Below are positions 21,601 through 31,661 of a stretch of DNA of 64,000 nucleotides, in pieces. Location of the stretch: the IMG/VR virus record IMGVR_UViG_3300032309_000931, positions 1 through 64,000 of that record; one strand, 5' to 3'. This DNA comes from a virus. The position numbers and the translations under genes were made by a program. The number at the start of each line of letters is the position of its first letter. Within the stretch, counting starts at the first letter, position 1. The notes below the pieces were generated by a model that saw nothing but the letters and a program-made list of their open reading frames with translations, was not told where the DNA came from and did no database searches.

Positions 21601-23332
21601 AAAGCTGAAGATTAACTTCTGATTCAGGATCGTCTAGATTTCTGTCTCCTGCACTGGCAAGCATATAGCTCTTGCTCATAAGAACCAGGTTATTAGATTC
21701 GTCAAAGAACATCGCTGTCTGAGTAGATATAGCAAGTTGTTGAAGCACTTGTGCCACAGTCATATTTGGTCCAATATAAAAATATGGAATAATTAAATCT
21801 TTGTCTTTATTTGATTTACGATAAATATAATTAGAATAGCCCACAGAGTCTAATAGCATTGCTATAGCATAGCTAAACGATACATCTACAAACAGTGCTT
21901 CTGGTGCTGTCAATGATTCAAAGTAAAAGTACAGGTCTCTCAAATTTATAGTGGCTGTGCGGCTTTCATTATTAATTTCTGGAAAAGATTCGGCATACAT
22001 TGTTTTAATTGGAACATAAAAAGAAGTCAGTGTTGTAATTTCGTCTACTGTGACTGGAACATTTTTAATAATCTCATAAAATTTTACTTGCATATTGCGT
22101 TTCACATATGGTGCGATTACGCTGTTTGTATTATTAACATTTAAAACCTGATCAAAATCTGCTATTGTAATGGATCCAGTAGAGGCTAAGAGCTGTCCTA
22201 CTGGTAAACCACTTACTCCAAGATCAGACGCTACTTTATTAATCTTATAGTCTTCTATAATATCTGTCATATTTGTTGCTAGTCTTGGAGAAATTTCAAT
22301 TAGTTCAAATGGAACGTCTTTCTTGCTCATTGTGTCTACAACAATTCTTAGTCCTTTAATATACATAAATTGTGTCGGTGTCACATTTTCTTTTGGTTTA
22401 ACAAAGTCTGTAAGGAATGGCGTAGTCGAAGATAGCGTTTCACTTCCCTTAGACCATACCCCAGAGCTATAATGAAGTTCAATATAACCATCTCTTGGAA
22501 TAAGTGGTTCAGTAGAGTTATCGGTATTGTTAAATGTTTTTGCATTAGTCCAAGCCCCTGTATCTGGATGTAAGTACTGAATCTTCCAATTAATCGGAAC
22601 AGTCCTGTTAACGATTTGATTTGGTGCATCGTAAAGTGGATCTGAGTCAGAGGAAACACCGTTATAAACATTACCAATGGTTGCTTCTCCCACGTGAGTT
22701 TGCATCTTAATGATTATGCGATTTACTGGAATTTTATCTTTATACACAACAAATGGTGCAGCATCATCTATGTAATACTGAACACGACTATTTAGTGTTA
22801 CCGCCTTGTTTGATATTCCTCGCTCTACTGTAGCTGAAGATGTTCCAGATTGCTCTGTTCTAAATGATGTCCAATATTTAAATTTATCATCTTTGTCAGC
22901 AATATAGTATCTTGGTCTTTGCATCATACTGGTTGATGTATTGTGAGAAAAATGTCCTGCAAAATTACCATAAGATACAGCTTTATTAATGCCAGAGCGT
23001 GGTCGGAATCTTTGAATACAATCTTCTAAAGAAAACAATAATTTTTTCTTGGCATCTATAGAGCTAAAGGCTGCAGAAACATTTGCAGAAATATCGTAAC
23101 CGCCGTCAATAACAATGTCAGAGTCTGTATATCCTTCATAAAATACTTTATTTTCATTATCAGTTCCAAATACAGAATGTATTGTTTCAGAATCTGATGG
23201 GCGATTTCTATAGTTTCCAATTATGCTAATGTTTTCTGCATAGTTCATATTTATTTCTGAATATATTCCAGCTTCAACATCGATATCGCTAGAAGTATTT
23301 AGGTGTGTTTTTAAATATTGATTCTCGTACAT
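18614..23332 (-). CDS. Large minor tail/baseplate hub protein (1572 aa)
   Basis: Two genes after TMP; C-terminal NPTLQLGDIITL hub-like motif. Confidence 0.65.
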   Translation of the reverse strand: MYENQYLKTHLNTSSDIDVEAGIYSEINMNYAENISIIGNYRNRPSDSETIHSVFGTDNENKVFYEGYTDSDIVIDGGYDISANVSAAFSSIDAKKKLLFSLEDCIQRFRPRSGINKAVSYGNFAGHFSHNTSTSMMQRPRYYIADKDDKFKYWTSFRTEQSGTSSATVERGISNKAVTLNSRVQYYIDDAAPFVVYKDKIPVNRIIIKMQTHVGEATIGNVYNGVSSDSDPLYDAPNQIVNRTVPINWKIQYLHPDTGAWTNAKTFNNTDNSTEPLIPRDGYIELHYSSGVWSKGSETLSSTTPFLTDFVKPKENVTPTQFMYIKGLRIVVDTMSKKDVPFELIEISPRLATNMTDIIEDYKINKVASDLGVSGLPVGQLLASTGSITIADFDQVLNVNNTNSVIAPYVKRNMQVKFYEIIKNVPVTVDEITTLTSFYVPIKTMYAESFPEINNESRTATINLRDLYFYFESLTAPEALFVDVSFSYAIAMLLDSVGYSNYIYRKSNKDKDLIIPYFYIGPNMTVAQVLQQLAISTQTAMFFDESNNLVLMSKSYMLASAGDRNLDDPESEVNLQLFGSQDSTRSGRVKNATADGANLANIIEVSSKNNDVFNDGKIIYTSRYIQKTYKEIRQANLVDEDVVWTYKPALLWEIAPSEETKSINEEKTSQAAYALSAIPLNSNLTVNIPSVESGNIINNVIDMGEAIYWMPRYNGYFYSNGEIIKFDAVEYSVSQPSVTSEFSVNLANTSTNIVSVTSGSIAGLKVGDKVIRTGGADPGRFGTNTTVTSVNSTASTFTLASNHIAAGNTTAVAKLASANYWIANVEDYQNYFSKVPFNGKIYPTGKVRIFAEPNYETVNAITTLKEGAVAKHGRGQFNTEIKEHTVGLPSWVNDNIAGCAINSTFTFANPYKERFIVTTIAGTNGKEVYLDVDSRKYVRVDQKVSGNNIPNGAKVKSKTAYGLKLDKSVTGALDATITLSGVKIYDSELVETGEYASGMSVGDIASRNLAAQGNRSSLIRNFMSSSYPSENQTTSINATQTGKVQSSALVMSGPTFPTNYNSKDFLSYTYNTLDGKYSHFGTRMRVVGTLENNLDIYQSPAGSMPYYATTTKDSTVPTIINGGGGGLGIFVNPTNNTGYFFELSALTVNSIEKYTDSDDISNIHFYKIEAETATSENSSVKSIPKTLWKGRSSIVVDDGRFTGQYRDIAEANPSVYDLSVECEDVKDSKTSSIKFYLYINGKLVGTVVDEVPLKNRTQNVALFVRGTSKCMFEHLYALKTNEASNYSNVSNAPFKESFSLNKEYETDEAFSKYSLPPAIQDSYLSGISPISTRSSDMYYEEFGTIMREAAYFNIKYDKAYPALIAKIAPTFNKLKGYAISGFVANAYGAEFLVFNTTDKIINLDNTSGNYLRIMGVTFTQEAKHDFTVDEYFQQKSDFSNPEMFKNIITNDPLNNKRNYQSIKNSRITYGKKEFNIDSDYIQTQDAADSLMSWLTNKVIAPRLSLGVSMFANPTLQLGDIITLDYKSTDSEIDQIIDENARFVVYNIEYSRNVNGPEMTIYVSQIPEVKEIT

Positions 23333-23944
23333 TTAAACCTCTTCCAAGGTTACCGAAACATTCCAGAAGTCGTGATTGGTTGCTCCACGACTAACTATGT
23401 TATATGAAAAATCTGAAATATACATTTCTATAACCTCACTATATTCGCTGAGTCTGTCATAATCGTTGTCAAAGTTTTGTGGATTATCATATGAAAGATA
23501 AACAAAGAATGAGCCAGTATGACTGTTGTACCAATCTAGCAGGTCTGATGCACCAGCACCACCATCTACTGTATATTGTGTTGTAGATCCCGACAATGGA
23601 GATATCCCAGTAGTTGTATTAAATTGTGGATCCCCTGCAAATCTTCTAGACGGCAACATTTCCCAAGAAGTAGAAATCTTTATTTTATCTGCAACGTGAA
23701 AAGAACGCATACGACCATTAATCATACGTTTTCTAGTTTGAATTCTTTCAGTGGCTACGTCAATGTCTGATCGATTATGGTCTGAAAGTATCAAGAAGGA
23801 TTGGTCGATTGCACTGGCGGTTGACCCATATTCAAATCCAGGTGGCACTAATGGATCTTCTGCTGTGGCAGGGGCAGTATAGTTATCTGACCACAACATT
23901 CCTTGTGGACGACCATACTTCTGACGATTATTAATATATGCCAT
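23333..23944 (-). CDS. Distal tail-like protein
   Basis: Directly after TMP; RMINGRMR...WNVSVTLEEV. Confidence 0.6.
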   Translation of the reverse strand: MAYINNRQKYGRPQGMLWSDNYTAPATAEDPLVPPGFEYGSTASAIDQSFLILSDHNRSDIDVATERIQTRKRMINGRMRSFHVADKIKISTSWEMLPSRRFAGDPQFNTTTGISPLSGSTTQYTVDGGAGASDLLDWYNSHTGSFFVYLSYDNPQNFDNDYDRLSEYSEVIEMYISDFSYNIVSRGATNHDFWNVSVTLEEV

Positions 23945-26900
23945 TAGAACCTATTCCCCTTAAATCTAGTTGCTTCTACCTGTTTGATTTTTCCAATAAC
24001 GGTACGTGCAATATCATCTGCACTTGCGTTACTTCCAGCATTAACAGTTACACTATAATTATACACCGAACCGTTAAGAGATTTACCACTATTGATTGCT
24101 TGAAGATTTTTTACCCCAAAACTTTGAACAGCAGGACGCTTAATAACAAATTCTCCAGGAGTAAGCATAGCAGAAATTGTATCTGAACCAATAGATCCAC
24201 CAGATGCCATATATCTATTTCCAACCCTTCCGCCCATTGCATATCTAACAAGTCCACCCATAGCATACGCAACTGGTCCACGTCCTCCGCTGCCTGCTTG
24301 CAAACTGGTTAGTTTTGCTCTTGCATCACTTAGTGCTTGTTTTGTATATGCAAGCTGTTGTTTTTTTTCATTTAATTTTGCTTGAGCAGCACCTCTAGCA
24401 ATAACCGACATTGAAGCATCTCTTTGTTTTTCAAGTGCTGCTATTTCAGCTGCAAGGACTCCAATGCTTTGCCCTATTTGACTAACCTTAAGGTTTTGTG
24501 CGGCAATCGCTGCAGTCTTGGCTTCTGTTGCAGTTGGTGCGGCTGGTCTAGATGGTGTGGTTACTGGAGTAGTCGTGGTTGTTGGAGTAGTCGTGGTTGA
24601 CCCATTACCGCTACCACCTCCAGAGCCTCCTCCAGATGTTGCTGCACCATTAGCAAGAGCTAACTCTCGTTCAGCAATTTGAAGATTAAGTTTTGCAATT
24701 TCAGCTTCATAAGCTTCCTTTGTTTTGCCATTAACAATAATTCCGTCAAGTTCGGCTTGTCTCTTAGCTTCGAGTGCTCTCATTTGTTCTTCTTGGGCAT
24801 ATGAAGCTGCCTTAACTCTTTGATTCTGTACCGCTCGTGCTGCAGCTGCTACATCGCCAGAAGTAAGAGCAATAGCTACGTCAAGCTGGTCTTTTTGCTG
24901 GTCTGCAATGTTTGCATTAATCTTTGCAATATCCTCAAGTGCCTTTTTACGCTTGTCGTATATTTTATTAATAGCATCTTCTTTGAGTGCAATAACGTTA
25001 AGTGCTTTTTGTTGTTTATCTTTTAGGTCATTAAGCCTTACGAGCTCTGCGTCTTCTGGAGTACCTCCGCCTCCTCCACCACCACTGGAAGATGTGTCGG
25101 ACTCTGTGTCGCCACCACTACCACCGCTAGAGGTAACGCTTGATGTTGCTGCCTTATCCATAACTGCAGCAGCGTATGCTGCTGCAGAGGCATCCATACC
25201 ATATTTACGCCTTAGTGTAGCCCAACCCTTATATCCAGGGTCATTTCCATTAACTGCTGAAGAGAATACTGCGTGATATTGTGCTAGATATTCTATTTTA
25301 TTTTTCTTTGGCAATTTATTAAATGCCGCATTATCCTTTAAGGCATTTGCTGCTGCCGTACTGTTAGTATATTTTGCAATAAGCTCTGTAGTAAATTTTC
25401 CTCCATTATTTTTAAGTTCTCTTTCAATATTCTTTACATCGTCAGCAAATGCTTTAAGAACTTCTCCATTGTCAGCATTAATATTTATGCTAACATTGCC
25501 ATATGTGTTAAGCCACTCTATTGCCTGTGCTGCCCCAGCTAATTGTTCTGCAGTATACTTACTGTCGGGAGTAGAAACAATATTTAGCATAAGTGTTTGT
25601 GTTTGTACCTTTGCTCCAGCAGCCTGTAAGGAAGAAATCATATTGAGTGTTTCTACTTCTCCAGCTGCTTTAATTGCTAGGTCATATGCTGCACCAAACC
25701 CTTTATTTTTTGACGCATTGTTCATAAGGACTTCAATTGATGCTGGCGAAAGTGTTCCAGAAGCAAGTTGAGCTTGAATTCTTGTCTTAAATGTACTATT
25801 ACCAAGAGCATTAATTTTTTCTGCAGTCTTGTACATTGCACTATCAGTACTAAAGTTTTGTTTAATATTTTCTAGGAAGTTTGCATTGAAGTCAGTTTCT
25901 GTTAATATTGCTTTTTGAGACCTGATAGTTTCATATGCCTCTTTTTCAATCTTAAGTTGTTTTTCAAGCTCTAGTGTTCTGTTTTTTTCAAGAGTGTCTA
26001 TTTCATCTTGTGTCTTTGCTTGTGCAACTTGGGTGTCAAACTGTGCGTTGATTGCATCAGTAGCACCAACAGCCTGTCCATAAGTATTAATTGTTGCTGT
26101 AGAAGCTGTTCTAGCTTTATTCTTGCTTTCTTTTTGACCAAATGGACCACCCTCATAGACGGTATACCTTCCACCCATAGAGTTTATCTCACTAGACGCA
26201 ATTTGACTATTAAAATCTGATGTTGCTTGTGACAAAGCGGCGGCAGTTGTAAGTCCTGATGTTTTTGTAAGGTCTCTTGTGTATTCAGTAAATTGTTTTG
26301 ATGCAGCAGATGAAATTCCAAGATTACCACTTTCAACACCGAGAGCTGCAATAATTTGACGACCCTGCTCTTGAGTAATTACATTTTGTGCAACAGAGTT
26401 TGCAAGATCTGATGCAAGAGATGTTGCAATCTGCTCAACACTCTTTCCAGAATCTTGCATTGTTTTGGTATTAGACAGCAGCTTCTTTCCGCTCTCTGTT
26501 TCTCTAATATATTGTTGAGCAGCACTAAGCTCTTCTGCCTTAACACTAGTAAGTTTTGCAGACATTTCTGCTTCTCTGGATTGAGTAGCACTAACAGTAC
26601 CCATATCTTCAGCCATTTTGTTCATTGAGTTAATGCTCATTACCTGAGCATTTCCAAGTTCAATAGCTTTCTTACGTTGTTCTTCTTGTGCTTGAACTAA
26701 AGCAAATACTCCAGCACCGAGAGCTCCTAGAGCTACTACAGCAATACCAATTGGACCAGGTAGCATCATAAGCAATGGACCAAGAACCGATACTGCCATT
26801 CCAAGTCCTTCAAGTCCAGGGATCATAGCTACTCCCATACCTGCCATAGATAGTCCCATCCCCATACCCATACCGCCTCCACGTACACCACTAGCAATAC

Positions 26901-29900
26901 GTGAGCCAATGCTTGGTTTCTTTGGTGCTGCTGCTGGTGCTGGTGCTGGTCTGTTTGCTCTTGCTTCTCTGGCTTGTGCATTTCTATTATTTGCACTCTC
27001 TACTTTTGCAATAGCGGCTTGTCCATTTTTTGCAGAAATTTGTTTTCCATTTAAATAATATCTTTGATTTCCATTTTTATCTGTTCTTACTTCAACTTTT
27101 CGTGCTTCAGACATAGTTAAATTATTATTTTTTAAACCTTGTGTTCCTGTTGCTGCAGACTGTCCATCTGGCATTGCTCCAAATGATCTTCCAGGTGATG
27201 CTGGCTTTGAGTAGTAAATTCTTTTTTTCTTAGTTTTGCTGTCACGCTGCCTTACAACAGGCGATCCAGAGTTAAGTAGTTCTTGTCTTTCTGCGGCTGT
27301 CATACCAGCACCAGAAAATCTTACATCTCTAATTTGACCAAGAGCCGCTGCTCTCATTGCTGCAAATTTTTTATTTGTTTTTCCAACCTCTGTTGCAACT
27401 TCTCTGTCTAAAGCTTCTATTGATCTTGCAAATTTTCTTTGATTTTCTGGCAATGCCCGAACTTGTTCTTCTGTATCATAGATTGCTCTTACTCCAGCTT
27501 TTCTTAGACTAGCAATTTTTTGTTGCATAGCAGTGTCGTAAGCTTTAATTTCTTTTTGCAATTCAACATCATTTATATCAGCCTTAGCAAATTTTGCAGA
27601 CTCTCCATATCTTTCTGTTATGTTTTTACCAGAAAATTCTTTTTCAACATCTCTAATGTCAGCCCCAGATGGAAGCTTTCTGTTTGTTTTCCCAGACATT
27701 TCTGCTCCCCAAGCGTGTTTAAGATCCATAACTGCTGTTTTGCTAATTGAAACAACTTGCTCTAAGTTTCTTCTCATTGCCTGTGTCAATCTTATGTCTG
27801 ATGAAGATAGGGCATCTTGTACAGAAATTGAACTTCCAGGTCCAAAATGAGCAAAGTTGCTCTCTGATCCCTTACCCCTTGAATATCCAGGAATACTTCC
27901 AGAAATCATCCCATTAATGAGACCGCCATACTTCTTTGCCATTGCTGCAGGAATAACTGCTTCTCCTGGTGAAAGCATTGCAGGAACTATATCTCCCCTG
28001 CCTTTTGGACCAGGAACACTAACTACACCGTTTTTGTATCCAGAAGGTTTTGGCATATTCCTTAATCCAAAACCAGGAAGTCCTGTCATCCAACTAGTAA
28101 AAGCATCTCCGTGCTTATAACCTAAGTAACCTTCTTTAATCAATGCCTGAATTAATGGGTCATTATATGGTGCTCCAGATAGTCTAGAATCTACATCTTT
28201 TCCACCAACAATTACTCTTGGAAGTACTGCTCCTCTGTCTGTTCCAAGTTCTGGATTCTTTTTTATAAATTTAAATAGAGTATCTAGTGTAATATATCCT
28301 TTACTTTTTTTGACTATTTCCATTGCTTCTGGGGAAAGATCTTGCCTGTATTGATTGTCTCCGTATGCTCTAAATGTTGTGTCTGAAAGTTTTTGATTTT
28401 TTGCAAAATACATTCCTGGACCAAAAGTTCTATTGATGTCGGATTCTGGAGTATAGTCTTTGGGGTGTCCTAGATTGTTTTCAAGGTTGCTATCCTCACT
28501 TCTATGCCTCATATTTTTTGTATAGCGTAATGCCATTTGTCCAGGAAATAGTTTTGATGCAATTGTAGATGGACTCATAGATACTCGAAGTCTGTGAAGA
28601 CTATCACGTACTGCAGATCTAGGATCTTGAAGATTTGCTACCAACCTATTTAATGCAAAGAGTGGCGACTCTTGATAATCCTTTGCACCACTACTACTGT
28701 ATACACTTTGTGCGTTTAAAAGATCTTGAAGTCTATTATCTCTACCTCTTGACGTTTTTAATCTTGCAAAACTTTCTAATCCATAAGCACCAAAAGGCAT
28801 CTCCAAAGAGTGTCTTCCAACACTTCCTATTCCACCACGGTCTCTTATAATTTGTGCAAAATCTTTAGAAAATCTTGGATCTTTTTGAATAGCAGCAAGA
28901 GCTTTTTGGGGAGACATTCCACTATTAATAAGGCTGTTAAGACTTTCTAGTATTGGAAGATCTTGCTTAGATATTTTTGCACCTTGCTGTAATCTGTTTG
29001 CAGATTGTGCTGGACCACTAAACGGATTCATTCCTGAGAATCCAAAATTTCTAAATCCTTTACCTGGTGATCTTGCAAACATAAATTTAAAAGCATTCAT
29101 TGTTTGTCTGATAAAACCTCCACCAGCAAATCCAGGAAGATTTCCAGCAATCATTCCTTCAATAAGACCCCTGTATTTTTTAGTTTGTTTTGCAGGAATA
29201 ATAGCTTCACCATTTGAAAGCATTGCAGGAATTGAGTCTGATGTTCCAGATCCTGGACCACGAACTATTCCACCAGTAGCAAGATTCTTTGCTTTTGTGC
29301 TTGACCTAGATACCCTGCCTCCAGGAGTGGCAAAGCCACGTTGTGCTGTAATAGATTTTTGATATGCAGCAGTTAGAGCGTTGAGGGCTGCTGCCTCTAC
29401 GCTAAATGTTTGTGTAAGTTTGCTGTGTGACTGATTTAGTGATGCTGCTACTGCTGCTGCCTCAATTTGTTGTTGAGTCATATAGTCTGTTTGTGTGCCA
29501 AGAATTCCTGTGTCTACCCCAGTTTTTCTAAATATGCCTCCAAGAAGCTGGAACATTTTAATAAGGTTAGCTACACCGTTAGCAACAAGACCAACAGTCA
29601 TAAGTAGTATAGGACCAATACCTGCAACTACGGTTGTAAGAATAACTGTAAAGTTTTTGGCACCATCGCCCATAGAATTAAACTGATTAAGAAGCTTTGT
29701 TCCAAACTCAATCACTGGAGTAACAGCTTTAAGGAATGATTCTCCAACTGGGGCTAAGGCTGCTTGGAAATCAGCAAATGCTTTCTCAAACTTGTAGGTA
29801 GTTGTATCCTCTACCTTTTTAAGTTCTCGTTGAGACAGGATTGCAAGTTCTTGTGTTGTTGCCTTGGTTAACTCAAGAACACGAGCTGCTTGTGTACCCT

Positions 29901-31281
29901 CGCCAATTACGTTCTGAAAGAGTGTTGATAGACGTGAGAATTGGAACTTACCAAATAGTTGCTCAATTGCACGAGCACGATTAAGTGGGTCAAGAGTATC
30001 CAGTGCTGATGCAAAGTCAATAACGAGACCCTTGATGTCTCCCTTATTTGAATTAACAATTTTCTCAATGTTAATGCCAAAACCTTGAAGCATTTCTTTT
30101 GCTTTTCCAGTTGGATTAATAAGAGCAGCAAGACCAGACTTAAGTGCGTTAGCACCTTCAGATGCATTAATGCCACCCTCTTTCATAGCGGTCAGGAAGA
30201 ATGCAAGGTCTTCTACGTCTCCACCAAGTTGCTGAACAACAGGACCAGCTTTTGGGATTGCTTCGGTAAGATCTTCGATAGATGTTACCGACTGGTTTTC
30301 AACTGCGTTAAGGAAGTCGATCTTTGAGGCAAGCTGTTCTGTTGCTGTACCAAAAGCATTGGTAATAGACATAGTTGTTTCAAGAGCCTGAGTTTGTTCT
30401 ACGTTACCCAGAACTGCTAGACGAGTAGCTTCTGAAACCTGTGCAAGAAGTTCTTGTCCAGTCTTACCAGCCGCTGCTGCTTCTGAAGCAAGACCAATAG
30501 TCTTTTCAACTTCAATGCCATATTTTGTGTACTCTCCTGCAAGAGCTTTGATAGATGCAACCATATCGTCTGTTTCTTTAACTGTAGTACTAAAGTCACC
30601 ATAAACACGACGAATTTTAATTACCTGCTTTTCAATCTCCATAAAGGATTTAGCTGCAGATGTGGCAAATAGTGTAAGGGGAATAGTAAAACCAACCATA
30701 AGCTGACGACCAGCCCATTGAGTATTTTTACCAAAGTTTAGAAGGTTTGTAGAACCTTGAGTTAGAAGCTGATTAAACAACTGTTGCTTTTGTGCAGCAA
30801 CCATTGTTCTGGTAGCAAGATTATCCATATCAAGGGATAGTGGTCTAACCTTGATAGATTGCAATGCACCATTTGCGTCACGACCCATAGAAATATATTG
30901 AGTTTGTAAATCTTTAACTCGTTCTATTGCTACCTTTGAGATAGTGTCAAACTCTGACTTGAACGCTCTACCGAAAGTTTTGCTTGCTCCACCAGCATAT
31001 CTAAAGTACTGACCCATTGTCAGCTTGTTCTTTTCAAGTGCTGTGGTGAATGCTTCCGTGGTTGAATTTACACGAGTCATACTGGCTTGGAATTGACCAG
31101 TAGCATTTACTGCATTTAGAAGGGATGACTGTAGTTGGGCAGCCTGAGCATTTGCGGTTGCCCCACCACGAGCCATCTGAGTGTGAAATAGAGAAATCTC
31201 TCTTTGAAGATTTTTGAGAGAAGCAATGGCTGAAGACGTATCAATATTTACGCCAATATTAGCATTTACATCGTCAACCAT
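23944..31281 (-). CDS. Tape measure protein with internal cargo domains
   Basis: 2445 aa; TP901-like core (AIPKAGPVVQQLGG...EGANALKS), TM segments, three GG..G.G..D.IPAMLS.GE.VI motifs; follows chaperones. Confidence 0.92.
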   Translation of the reverse strand: MVDDVNANIGVNIDTSSAIASLKNLQREISLFHTQMARGGATANAQAAQLQSSLLNAVNATGQFQASMTRVNSTTEAFTTALEKNKLTMGQYFRYAGGASKTFGRAFKSEFDTISKVAIERVKDLQTQYISMGRDANGALQSIKVRPLSLDMDNLATRTMVAAQKQQLFNQLLTQGSTNLLNFGKNTQWAGRQLMVGFTIPLTLFATSAAKSFMEIEKQVIKIRRVYGDFSTTVKETDDMVASIKALAGEYTKYGIEVEKTIGLASEAAAAGKTGQELLAQVSEATRLAVLGNVEQTQALETTMSITNAFGTATEQLASKIDFLNAVENQSVTSIEDLTEAIPKAGPVVQQLGGDVEDLAFFLTAMKEGGINASEGANALKSGLAALINPTGKAKEMLQGFGINIEKIVNSNKGDIKGLVIDFASALDTLDPLNRARAIEQLFGKFQFSRLSTLFQNVIGEGTQAARVLELTKATTQELAILSQRELKKVEDTTTYKFEKAFADFQAALAPVGESFLKAVTPVIEFGTKLLNQFNSMGDGAKNFTVILTTVVAGIGPILLMTVGLVANGVANLIKMFQLLGGIFRKTGVDTGILGTQTDYMTQQQIEAAAVAASLNQSHSKLTQTFSVEAAALNALTAAYQKSITAQRGFATPGGRVSRSSTKAKNLATGGIVRGPGSGTSDSIPAMLSNGEAIIPAKQTKKYRGLIEGMIAGNLPGFAGGGFIRQTMNAFKFMFARSPGKGFRNFGFSGMNPFSGPAQSANRLQQGAKISKQDLPILESLNSLINSGMSPQKALAAIQKDPRFSKDFAQIIRDRGGIGSVGRHSLEMPFGAYGLESFARLKTSRGRDNRLQDLLNAQSVYSSSGAKDYQESPLFALNRLVANLQDPRSAVRDSLHRLRVSMSPSTIASKLFPGQMALRYTKNMRHRSEDSNLENNLGHPKDYTPESDINRTFGPGMYFAKNQKLSDTTFRAYGDNQYRQDLSPEAMEIVKKSKGYITLDTLFKFIKKNPELGTDRGAVLPRVIVGGKDVDSRLSGAPYNDPLIQALIKEGYLGYKHGDAFTSWMTGLPGFGLRNMPKPSGYKNGVVSVPGPKGRGDIVPAMLSPGEAVIPAAMAKKYGGLINGMISGSIPGYSRGKGSESNFAHFGPGSSISVQDALSSSDIRLTQAMRRNLEQVVSISKTAVMDLKHAWGAEMSGKTNRKLPSGADIRDVEKEFSGKNITERYGESAKFAKADINDVELQKEIKAYDTAMQQKIASLRKAGVRAIYDTEEQVRALPENQRKFARSIEALDREVATEVGKTNKKFAAMRAAALGQIRDVRFSGAGMTAAERQELLNSGSPVVRQRDSKTKKKRIYYSKPASPGRSFGAMPDGQSAATGTQGLKNNNLTMSEARKVEVRTDKNGNQRYYLNGKQISAKNGQAAIAKVESANNRNAQAREARANRPAPAPAAAPKKPSIGSRIASGVRGGGMGMGMGLSMAGMGVAMIPGLEGLGMAVSVLGPLLMMLPGPIGIAVVALGALGAGVFALVQAQEEQRKKAIELGNAQVMSINSMNKMAEDMGTVSATQSREAEMSAKLTSVKAEELSAAQQYIRETESGKKLLSNTKTMQDSGKSVEQIATSLASDLANSVAQNVITQEQGRQIIAALGVESGNLGISSAASKQFTEYTRDLTKTSGLTTAAALSQATSDFNSQIASSEINSMGGRYTVYEGGPFGQKESKNKARTASTATINTYGQAVGATDAINAQFDTQVAQAKTQDEIDTLEKNRTLELEKQLKIEKEAYETIRSQKAILTETDFNANFLENIKQNFSTDSAMYKTAEKINALGNSTFKTRIQAQLASGTLSPASIEVLMNNASKNKGFGAAYDLAIKAAGEVETLNMISSLQAAGAKVQTQTLMLNIVSTPDSKYTAEQLAGAAQAIEWLNTYGNVSININADNGEVLKAFADDVKNIERELKNNGGKFTTELIAKYTNSTAAANALKDNAAFNKLPKKNKIEYLAQYHAVFSSAVNGNDPGYKGWATLRRKYGMDASAAAYAAAVMDKAATSSVTSSGGSGGDTESDTSSSGGGGGGGTPEDAELVRLNDLKDKQQKALNVIALKEDAINKIYDKRKKALEDIAKINANIADQQKDQLDVAIALTSGDVAAAARAVQNQRVKAASYAQEEQMRALEAKRQAELDGIIVNGKTKEAYEAEIAKLNLQIAERELALANGAATSGGGSGGGSGNGSTTTTPTTTTTPVTTPSRPAAPTATEAKTAAIAAQNLKVSQIGQSIGVLAAEIAALEKQRDASMSVIARGAAQAKLNEKKQQLAYTKQALSDARAKLTSLQAGSGGRGPVAYAMGGLVRYAMGGRVGNRYMASGGSIGSDTISAMLTPGEFVIKRPAVQSFGVKNLQAINSGKSLNGSVYNYSVTVNAGSNASADDIARTVIGKIKQVEATRFKGNRF

Positions 31282-31304
31282 TCATTTACACCCCTATTTT
31301 AAAT

Positions 31305-31616
31305 TTAGCTAATGCCAAGTGCATCTGAGAGTCTTACTCCTGATGCGGCTTCCACAACCTGATATACCGTTGGTAGATCAATGTTGTCTTCAAGAGCAGC
31401 TAGGTCTCCTGCAAGTTCTGGCTTGTACTGCTTCATTGCAATTTGAACACATTCCATAAGAAGATTCATAGACTTTGCGTTGTCTTCTGCAACTGCTGCA
31501 ATGCCCTCAAACTTCTTCATAAAATCACGAAGTAGTGAAATCTTTAGTGGTCGAACTGTAATCTCTGTACCGTCAATTAGGACGATCTTTGATTCTTCAT
31601 TAATTGTTGTTGCCAT
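31305..31616 (-). CDS. Tail assembly chaperone (short, G-like)
   Basis: Just upstream of TMP; AAGGAGG RBS; paralog of the N-terminal half of 31662-32360. Confidence 0.75.
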   Translation of the reverse strand: MATTINEESKIVLIDGTEITVRPLKISLLRDFMKKFEGIAAVAEDNAKSMNLLMECVQIAMKQYKPELAGDLAALEDNIDLPTVYQVVEAASGVRLSDALGIS

Positions 31617-31661
31617 TGTTTCCTCCTTGTTAGGCTTATTAAATTATATCACAAAAGCCGT

